64,000 nucleotides of DNA, from positions 136,554 through 200,553 of the forward strand of contig JBGANV010000010.1 in NCBI GenBank assembly GCA_044222185.1. The letters are read 5' to 3'. The position numbers and the translations under genes are program-made. How positions within the stretch are numbered: position 1 is the first letter of the stretch; each line of letters opens with the position of its first letter. The notes below the pieces were generated by a model that worked only from the letters and a program-made list of their open reading frames with translations, was not told the origin of the DNA and searched no databases. This document shows, in pieces, positions 56,573 through 64,000 of the stretch. The stretch comes from Planctomycetota bacterium. GTDB lineage: Bacteria; Planctomycetota; GCA-002687715; CAIWVZ01.

Positions 56573-57410
56573 GACCCCGGAGCGCCACGTCCACCGCCGT
56601 CTCGGAGGGGACTGGCCGGATCGCCGCGCGTCCCGCGCGGTCCAACCGGCGTTGATTGCGGCCCGGTGCCCGATCACCCACGTCTGCCTGATCCTCGCAT
56701 GCGCCACGGCGTGTCGACGCCCGCCGGCCCGGACGCCTCGGCTGCGCCTAGGTCGTCCGGCGATCCTGCCAGTCGCACCGCCGCGTGCGCGGCGGGTCGA
56801 CTGGCGCTCCGTCGCGCGGGGATTCGCGCGCTCGACGACGATTCGACGCGAGGACTGACGTGGTTCGCGAGAGAGACGGAAGTACGCGAGACCCGGGAGC
56901 GCCAGGTCCACCGCCGTCTCGGAGGGGACTGGCCGGATCGCCGCGCGTCCCGCGCGGTCCAACCGGCGTTGATTGCGGCCCGGTGCCCGATCACCCACGT
57001 CTGCCTGATCCTCGCATGCGCCACGGCGTGTCGACGCCCGCCGGCCCGGACGCCTCGGCTGCGCCTCGGACGTCCGGCGATCCTGCCAGTCGCACCGCCG
57101 CATTCGCGGCGGGTCGACTGGCGCCCCGTCGCGCGGGGATTCGCGCGCTCAACGGCGATTCGATGCGAGGACTGACGTGGTTCGCGAGAGAGACGGAAGT
57201 ACGCGAGACCCCGGAGCGCCAGGTCCACCGCCGTCTCGGCGGGGACTGGCCGGATCGCCGCGCGTCCCGCGCGGTCCAACCGGCGTTGATTGCGGCCCGG
57301 TGCCCGATCACTCACGTCTGCCTGATCCTCGCATGCGCCACGGCGTGTCGACGCCCGTGGGCCCGAACTCCTCGCCTTCGCCTCGGTAATTCGGCTATGC
57401 TGCCCGTCGC
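56573..57410. repeat. Tandem array of 317-bp non-coding units (2 full + ~0.6)
   Basis: Units start at 56573, 56890 and 57207 and are nearly identical. The period is not a multiple of 3. Many internal hairpins. Confidence 0.95.
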
Positions 57411-57583
57411 GCAGCCGCTCCCGCTCCGGCTCGACGTGCGCATCAGTTCGGCATCTTTTTGTGCAAGTGCCGTTCCGAGTTGATCTCGTCGATCCTTACG
57501 CCCGGATGCGGCTACGCGGCGCGAAGCGCGTCGAGTGGCGACGAGGCACTTGTCCGGTCGGCGGGCAAGACTGGAGGCGATCG

Positions 57584-59146
57584 ATGAATGCGACGACCGG
57601 GATCGTGTTCGCGCTCTGCGTGGCCAACGCGATGGCACAGTCCGCGCGCGGGGTCTCCGACACGCGCCCCGTGACCCGCTCGGACGCGATCCTCGTCTTC
57701 GAGTCAAGAGCGGGAACGCTGCGGCCTTGCAGCTATCGACTGCAGGTGACGCGCGACGGGGTGGTGTACGGACGTGACTCCATTGCGCCAGCTTTCGTGC
57801 CATCGCAGCTCCGGACGTTCGTGTGTGGGAATGCTGCACCGATGAAGGCGCCACCGCCTGCAACCGGCTGACGTCTTTCAGAGTCGCGCCGCGAGCGGCT
57901 CCTGGAACTCATCGGGTCTCCGCCTCGCTCCACCGATGAAGATGCGGTCGGTTCCAGCAGCGGCCTCGGTTCCTTCGTCGTGACGGCAGGCCAGGGACGG
58001 ACCGAGTCTCGGGTCGTCTGGGAGTCCCTCGATCGTTCTCGCCCGCATGCAGCGATCGAGTGGGCAAGGACCATCGAGCGAACGCTCGGCCCTCGTCCGT
58101 CTTCGTTCGGTGACCTGGATCTCGGTGCTGCCCTCGCACCGTGGAGTTGGGCCCATCGAGCGCCTGACGGTCGTTGGCACGCCGTCGACTTTCCGCTCGA
58201 ATGTCTCGACGACCGGGGCTCGTCCTGTAGGGGTGCGGGTTCAGCGCATTGGGACCTGGGTGTGACCGCGCTCAATCTCCTGGCGCTCGTGGGTTCCGAT
58301 CGGGCGTTCGACGGCAGGGAACGGTCGTCGGAATTCGGGAGTGCGGTCGCGATCTGTTTCGATCCGCTCACGGCGCTGCAGCGCGACGACGGCTCCTGGG
58401 ACGTGCCCGAAGCGAGTGATCCGTCCCTGATGCAGGCATGGGCGTGCCTCGCGTTCGCGGAGCTCGTCGCATGCGGCCCGCCCGAACGGTACAAGGCCGC
58501 GGCTGCGGCAGCCCTCACGGCGTTGGTGCGCATGCAGCAGGCCGACGGCTCGTGGCGAATGGCAGCCGGATGCGCAATCGACCACGCGACGGTGACGGGG
58601 TGGGCAGCGCTTGCGTTGATGTCGGCGACCGATTCTGGGCTCCCAGTCGACGCCCGCGCACTCGGGCGGGCTATCGGCTTCCTGCGGAGCCCTCTGGACT
58701 CGGCTGTTCGCGCGGACACGACGGATCGCGTTCGACTCGCCGCGATACGCTGCGCGGTCGTCGGCGCTCACCAACGCATGTTGATGCGGCTGGGTCCGAT
58801 CCCGACTGGGTTGGGTGTCGACGAGGAGACGAGGCGGTGCCTCATCGACAACCCGCCGACCATCGCCGAAGACGCGACGCGCGTCGACCTGAACGCGTGG
58901 CTCTTAGGCTTCATCGGCGCTTGGAATGACCTCGAGACGGATAGCCGGATCTGGGATGCATGGCATCCGACGATCGCCACTTGCGTCGTCCATGCGCCTG
59001 CGGCGGGGTGCGTCCGCGGGTCGTTCGATCCCGTCGGACCGTGGAGCAAGGAGGGCGGCCGGTGTTGGTCGACCGTGATGGCACAACTCGTGTTGCTCCA
59101 CTACTATCGCTTCCCGCGAGCATTCGGCGCGAGGCGTGGTTGGTGA
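57584..59146 (+). pseudogene. Secreted prenyltransferase/squalene-cyclase-repeat protein interrupted by an in-frame TGA
   Basis: GGAGG + ATG 57584. TGA at 57869-57871 is in frame with the downstream ORF to 59146. Both parts align to the next gene, where the TGA position is Trp. Confidence 0.75.
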
Positions 59147-60678
59147 ATGCTGCAACGTGCATTGCGTTCGCGTATTGCGTGGCGAGCGCCGCCGCGCAGT
59201 CTGGGAGCATTGCCTCCGACACGCGCCCCGTGACCCGCCCGGACGCGGTCCTCGTTTTCGAGTCGAGAGCGGGGACGCAACGGCCCTACAGCTATCGGCT
59301 GCAGGTGACGCGCGACGGGGTCGTCGACGCCGGTGCGGGCATGGATTCCCGCGTCTACGGCTCTTCGTTCGCCTGCGATGATGATTCGACCTCGACGGAG
59401 AGTCGGCCGGCGCGCGCGTCGATCCAATGGATGTTGTCGTCGGTGCGCCGGGCCCGCCTCGACGAATTGATTCGCACTGCGCCTGGGGCCACGGACCTTT
59501 CCGCCGTTCGGCCGCCGTCGACCGCCGGCGCACTGGCGGCGCTCGTCATTCCCACGGCTTCGCAGCGCACTGTCGTCTACGAGTTCGGTGATCCGGCCGC
59601 GCCACCTGAGCGCGTCCGCTGGCTTCTCGAGGTCGAGCGGACGTTGGGCGTATCGAAACAGGTCTTGGGGTCAGTCTCGAGTTGGCTCGCGCTCCACCAA
59701 GCTCCGGACGGCTTCTGGCACACCCGCGACTTCGACCGCGATTGCCGTGACCTCGGCGACACGCGCTGTAAGGGACTTGGTGCCGTCGACTGGGACGCAG
59801 GCGTTACGGCGCTGAACGTCCTGAACTTGATCGGGATGGGGTACCTGCCCAGCCTAGCCCAAAGGCAGAACGGACTCGAATACGCGGCAGGCGAGGGCGT
59901 TCGCGCGCTGCAGAGGCTTCAGCGTGCCGACGGCACCTGCGGGCCCGAAACCGCGCCGGAGAAAGTCGTCACGCAGGCGTGGATCTCGCTTGCGTTCAGC
60001 GAACTCGCCGTACGTCGCCCGACTTCGTCCAATCGCGACACCGCTCGACGCGCGCTGCGCGCGCTCACTGCGATGCAGCGATCGGATGGAGCCTGGACGC
60101 TGGCGGGCGGCTCGGCAGCCGACGACGTGACGGTCACGGCTTGGGCACTTCTCGCATGTTTCTCTGGAGTCGCCGGCCAACTTGACGTGGAAGCATCGAG
60201 CCTCGATCTCGGGATGCGCGTCCTCCGACGCGACGTCTCGGCACAGCTACGACCGGGGTCGACGGACGCGCTGCGTGTCGCCGCGGCGCGATGCGCCGTG
60301 ATCGGACGTCGAGCGAACCTCCTCGGTGGTCCCGATCCGTCCGCCACGAACCTGGCGCTGCTCGACGCCGCCGTCGGGACTCTGCTGCGTGAGCCACCAA
60401 GCGCAAATGGCGCCGCCGCGCGAATCGACCTCAATGCGTGGGTGTTGGGCTCGGTCGGCGCCCAGGCCATCGGCGGTGACCTTCAATCCGCGTGGGAGTC
60501 GGCGTTGTCGAGCCACATGCACGCGGGGACGGAGCTTGGCGGTTGCGGCAGCGAGGAACCGTTCGCCCCGATCGGCCCGTGGGCCGATCGGGGAGGGCGC
60601 GCCTGGTCGACCGCGATGTGGTGGCTGGCCCTGGTGCATGCCTCTCGCTACCCGAACGCGTTCGGCGCGAGCCGTTGA
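59143..60678 (+). CDS. Secreted prenyltransferase/squalene-cyclase-repeat (alpha/alpha toroid) protein, paralog of the upstream gene
   Basis: WLALHQAPDGFW, LQRADG, MQRSDGAW, PIGPWADRGGRAWSTAM; GTGA overlap start. Confidence 0.8.
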   Translation: MNAATCIAFAYCVASAAAQSGSIASDTRPVTRPDAVLVFESRAGTQRPYSYRLQVTRDGVVDAGAGMDSRVYGSSFACDDDSTSTESRPARASIQWMLSSVRRARLDELIRTAPGATDLSAVRPPSTAGALAALVIPTASQRTVVYEFGDPAAPPERVRWLLEVERTLGVSKQVLGSVSSWLALHQAPDGFWHTRDFDRDCRDLGDTRCKGLGAVDWDAGVTALNVLNLIGMGYLPSLAQRQNGLEYAAGEGVRALQRLQRADGTCGPETAPEKVVTQAWISLAFSELAVRRPTSSNRDTARRALRALTAMQRSDGAWTLAGGSAADDVTVTAWALLACFSGVAGQLDVEASSLDLGMRVLRRDVSAQLRPGSTDALRVAAARCAVIGRRANLLGGPDPSATNLALLDAAVGTLLREPPSANGAAARIDLNAWVLGSVGAQAIGGDLQSAWESALSSHMHAGTELGGCGSEEPFAPIGPWADRGGRAWSTAMWWLALVHASRYPNAFGASR

Positions 60679-60691
60679 TCGCGCGTGACGA

Positions 60692-62389
60692 TCACGGCAC
60701 GTCGACCGGCACTCGCATCGGCGACGTGCCGACGACGAGCGACGTGGCGCGTGCCTCGGTGCGATCGGCGTAGACGCGAACGGTGTAGCTTCCCGGGACG
60801 AGGTTGAGCGTCCAACCGAAGTTGCCGTTCGTCACCGAGTAGATTCGCCGGCCCGTGACGAAGGCGCCGCGGGAGTCTTCGATCACGATCGACGATGCCA
60901 CGATCGATTGAGGGTTGGGGCGAACGTCGAGGATGACCCGAGTCGCGCCGACGAGTTGCAACCGAGCGCCGGTGACCGGGCCGGCGCTCGTGTCCACGAT
61001 CGTCGATGCGACGGCTTCGCCCGACGACCCGCGCGAGCGGATGAGATACCGCCCGCGGCCCACGCGCGAGATCTTGAACTTGCCGTCGGCTTCGGTGGCG
61101 AAGGATTCGTTGGTTTCGAAATCGAGCGTGGGATCGCGGCGATCGAGGGAGAGGACGGTCAGGTTGCCGGAGACCGGCTTCTCCGACTTGTCGATCAGCG
61201 TGCCCTCGATCGTGACAGCCTTGTTCAGGCGCAGGACGCCCAAGTCGACGGTCTCGCCTGGAGCGAACCGGATCGTCTGGATGACGCGTTCGAACCCCGC
61301 CTCGGACGGCCCGTCGATGGACATCCGCAGGAGTCCCGGCCGGACGTTCTCGATCTGCACGCTGCCGTTCGCATCCACCTTCTGGCCGGGGCCGCCCGTC
61401 TGCCGGTCGTTGAGACCCACCAGCGCGCTCGTGATCGGGCTCCCGGATTCGGCGTCGACGAGCTTCACCTTGAACGTGCACAGGCGCTGCTTCACGGCGT
61501 CGACTGACACGTGAAACGTGATCTCGTCCACGGGCGCCGAAACCTCCTGCGTCGCGAGGATCGCGTTTCGAACGACCGCGCTCACGAACACCGGCGGGTC
61601 GCACCGAAGCTCGATCGTTCCGAGATACTCCTTCGGGAGTCGCGGGGGCGCTCCAAACCCGCCTTCCGTGATCCCACCGACGGAAAGCTCGGCGGCCTCA
61701 CGCTGATCCGTCGCGGGGAGATCCTGCGTGGGACGCGTTCGCGTCGCGATGACGGTCACGCCGACTCCCCACGGCATCTTCTCCGCGCGGAGGGCGTCGG
61801 CGATCGGCGTCCCGTCGGGCGTGAGGACCTTCACCTTGATGCGAACCGCCGCGTCGAGCGTCGCATCGAGTCGTTGCCGCACCGGCGTGGGCTCGATCGT
61901 CAGCGGCTGATCGAGGGATCGGAACCCCGCCGCACGCACCGTGAACTTGCACGGCCCAGGTTTCAGCCCGGAGATCGCGTAGCCCTGCCGCTTCCCGACG
62001 TCGGCGTTCAGATACTCGCCCGTGTCTTCGTCGAGGATCGTGACGCGCGCCTCGCTCACCGGTTGGCCGTTCCTCGCGCGGATCGCTCCGAAGAGAACGA
62101 TGCCCAGCGGGTCATCGGCCGCGTACTCCTGCTCGGGCGACTCGGAATAGGGAGTGGCGACGAGACGGCTCTCCGTCGTGGGCGCTGCGGACGCGGTGGC
62201 GCGCCGCCCACGGGCGGGCCGCGATGCGACCGCGACGCCATCGCTCTCCGACTCCGCGACTCCGCCGCCAGGGCTCGGCGATGGCGCCGCCGGACCTGTC
62301 GCGGCCGGTCGATCGAGGAACACGAGCGCCGCAAGCACCACGATGACGATGCCCTCGACGATCACGAGGGCGATCAATCCCTTGTTCAT
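60692..62389 (-). CDS. Membrane-anchored carboxypeptidase-regulatory-like domain protein
   Basis: GGAGG RBS, N-terminal TM; repeated G...NGQPVSEARV, GLKPG...VRAAGF, TEADGKFKI..VGRGRY motifs. Confidence 0.85.
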   Translation of the reverse strand: MNKGLIALVIVEGIVIVVLAALVFLDRPAATGPAAPSPSPGGGVAESESDGVAVASRPARGRRATASAAPTTESRLVATPYSESPEQEYAADDPLGIVLFGAIRARNGQPVSEARVTILDEDTGEYLNADVGKRQGYAISGLKPGPCKFTVRAAGFRSLDQPLTIEPTPVRQRLDATLDAAVRIKVKVLTPDGTPIADALRAEKMPWGVGVTVIATRTRPTQDLPATDQREAAELSVGGITEGGFGAPPRLPKEYLGTIELRCDPPVFVSAVVRNAILATQEVSAPVDEITFHVSVDAVKQRLCTFKVKLVDAESGSPITSALVGLNDRQTGGPGQKVDANGSVQIENVRPGLLRMSIDGPSEAGFERVIQTIRFAPGETVDLGVLRLNKAVTIEGTLIDKSEKPVSGNLTVLSLDRRDPTLDFETNESFATEADGKFKISRVGRGRYLIRSRGSSGEAVASTIVDTSAGPVTGARLQLVGATRVILDVRPNPQSIVASSIVIEDSRGAFVTGRRIYSVTNGNFGWTLNLVPGSYTVRVYADRTEARATSLVVGTSPMRVPVDVP

Positions 62390-62496
62390 CGGTTCTTCCT
62401 CCGGTCTCAGCGTCACTGCGCCGCCGCAGCTTACTCGGAGTGTGCGGGGCGCGCGCGTGTCGCGCATTCACGACGACGTCGTGGTACGCTCGGCCC

Positions 62497-63801
62497 ATGC
62501 TTTCAGCGCATCGTCCTGCGGTGCTTGGCGTACTCGTGATTCTCGCCGGGACGCTCGTTGCTCAGACCCCCGCGTCGAAGCCCTCGAAACCGCGAGGCGC
62601 CGAGTCCAAGCCCGCACCCTCCCGGTTCACCGATCCTCCGGACGATCGCTACGTGAAAGTCCTCGCGGGCAAGTCGCTCGAGGAGGGGAAGGGATTTCCG
62701 GGCGTCGTCGTGGTGGGACCAAGCAGTCGAATCGACGTGGAGAAGATCGGCTTCGGCCGCGAGGACTTCTCGTGGCCGTTCTGGTACTTCTACGAAAAGG
62801 GCCCGTGGCAGCTGACGGTGGCGACCGTCATGCACTCCGACATGTCAGGCGCCACGACGCAGGCGGTCATCGTCGCTGGCGCGGCCGCGCCGGGGACGAA
62901 GAAGGGGCTCAAGATCGGTGACCCCATCTCCAAGGCGAAGCAGATCTACGGCGAGCCCGGACCGTTCGACGGCGCGCTCGTCGGGCTCGAGAATCTGGGG
63001 CGCAAGCGGACGCGCTACGGCTTCGGCAAGTCGGCGCCCGAGGAGCAGGTGATCTCCGATCCGCCCGAGTTCGCTGGCGCGCTCTTCTTCCCGGCGGAGC
63101 GGCTGCTCGTCGCCGTCGAGAACGACAAGGTCAAGAAGCTCGCGATCGTGTTCAAGGAAGATCCGTTGCCAGCGTTCCTTCGACCTGCGGAGTCGGTGAC
63201 GCCGAATCGCGACGTGGTCATCGATGCGACGGTCAAGGTTCCCAAGGCGGTGCCCGCCGACCCCGCGGCTCCCGAGAAGAGTGGCCTGAAGTTCCTGGTG
63301 CCGCCGCTTCCTCCGATGGAGACGGTGAAGATGCCGCACTTCACCGCGAGCGTGCCGAAGACCTGGACTCAAGGCGAAGACGGATTCTGGAAGGACCCCG
63401 AGAGCAACGAGTCCGTGGGGATCCAGGTGATGGAGGGAAATTCGGAGGACACGCCGGAGCGCATCCTCTCGATGATCAACGAGTCCGTGGACATGCCGAA
63501 CCTCGTCGCTCCGTTCCGCAGGCACCTCCCTGCCGACTTCTGCAAGCGGGCCGGCGTCACGAACGGCTATTGCGCGCTCGTCCGTGCTCCCGGTCGAGGC
63601 AAGGACGAACTCGACCTGCTCATGTACCAGATGATGCTGGCGAAGGGCACGCATCGGTACCTCGTGATGGTGACGCGGACGGCGCACCCGACGAAGATCA
63701 AACTGCCGAAGGGCGGGACTTCGCACCACGCGTTCATGGGCAGCCCCGACGGCGACGCGCTCGCGCGCGCCGTCATGACGAGCCTGCGCATTCTCGATTG
63801 A
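62497..63801 (+). CDS. Secreted hypothetical protein
   Basis: Signal peptide; GLKIGDPISKAKQIYGEP; typical codon usage; no family recognised. Confidence 0.8.
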   Translation: MLSAHRPAVLGVLVILAGTLVAQTPASKPSKPRGAESKPAPSRFTDPPDDRYVKVLAGKSLEEGKGFPGVVVVGPSSRIDVEKIGFGREDFSWPFWYFYEKGPWQLTVATVMHSDMSGATTQAVIVAGAAAPGTKKGLKIGDPISKAKQIYGEPGPFDGALVGLENLGRKRTRYGFGKSAPEEQVISDPPEFAGALFFPAERLLVAVENDKVKKLAIVFKEDPLPAFLRPAESVTPNRDVVIDATVKVPKAVPADPAAPEKSGLKFLVPPLPPMETVKMPHFTASVPKTWTQGEDGFWKDPESNESVGIQVMEGNSEDTPERILSMINESVDMPNLVAPFRRHLPADFCKRAGVTNGYCALVRAPGRGKDELDLLMYQMMLAKGTHRYLVMVTRTAHPTKIKLPKGGTSHHAFMGSPDGDALARAVMTSLRILD

Positions 63802-63871
63802 GATTCGGACCGAGCGTGACGCACCGGTCGTGCTGGCCACGCGTCCGATCGAAACCGCCCCCCGCCACTCC

Positions 63872-64000
63872 TCACACCGCCTCCCGCCACCGTAGTCCGA
63901 ACGGCAAGGTCGGCGGACCGAACACGAAGTGGAGCACGCGGCGGAGGCTCGTCCCCGTCGCCTTCGACGAGGCGTGCAGCAGAAGTGGGCGCATGAGGAG
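63872..64000 (-). CDS. C-terminus of a phytanoyl-CoA dioxygenase (PhyH)-like 2OG-Fe(II) oxygenase, 5' end outside the window
   Basis: Minus-strand translation LLMRPLLLHASSKATGTSLRRVLHFVFGPPTLPFGLRWREAV*. Confidence 0.7.
   Translation of the reverse strand, partial: LLMRPLLLHASSKATGTSLRRVLHFVFGPPTLPFGLRWREAV

Noticed and set aside
56573-57410. 317-bp array as CRISPR, IS element or coding repeat
   Set aside because: No short repeat/unique spacer pattern and no transposase. The period is not divisible by 3, and the overlapping ORFs look like GC shadow translations.
57869-57871. Second in-frame TGA as selenocysteine
   Set aside because: It aligns with Trp, not Cys, in the adjacent paralog and has no redox motif. 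Downstream hairpins are expected at this GC content.
1-64000. tRNA, rRNA, prophage, integrase or defence system
   Set aside because: No such motifs recognised by eye; a tRNAscan/Infernal/DefenseFinder run would be needed to exclude them formally.

Overview
High-GC bacterial chromosome segment, probably an uncultured Planctomycetota (inferred from ECF sigma/Ser-Thr kinase pairs, prenyltransferase-repeat proteins and many secreted orphans). Recognisable genes include a trans-sulfuration enzyme-pdxS-pdxT operon opposite a MocR regulator, mrdA-rodA, an RlmN-like radical SAM enzyme, a thioester alpha-2-macroglobulin, recG, 5-oxoprolinase/hydantoinase and ppsA. I found no tRNA, rRNA, CRISPR array or transposase. 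Five signals stand out. (1) A Haliangium-type microcompartment operon whose vertex (BMC-P) protein carries a ~420-aa Arg/Asp/Glu/Pro disordered tail. (2) A selenocysteine BCP peroxiredoxin divergent from that operon (in-frame TGA plus SECIS-like hairpin), which the ORF track splits. (3) A family of ~290-317-bp non-coding tandem elements at two loci that keep their hairpins while stem sequences change. (4) A single-AAA ClpC-D2-like ATPase with an IGF loop and an unrecognised N-terminus. (5) A recurring C-terminal domain on unrelated secreted proteins. All calls were made by eye and no searches were run. Several start codons were re-assigned from the ORF track.
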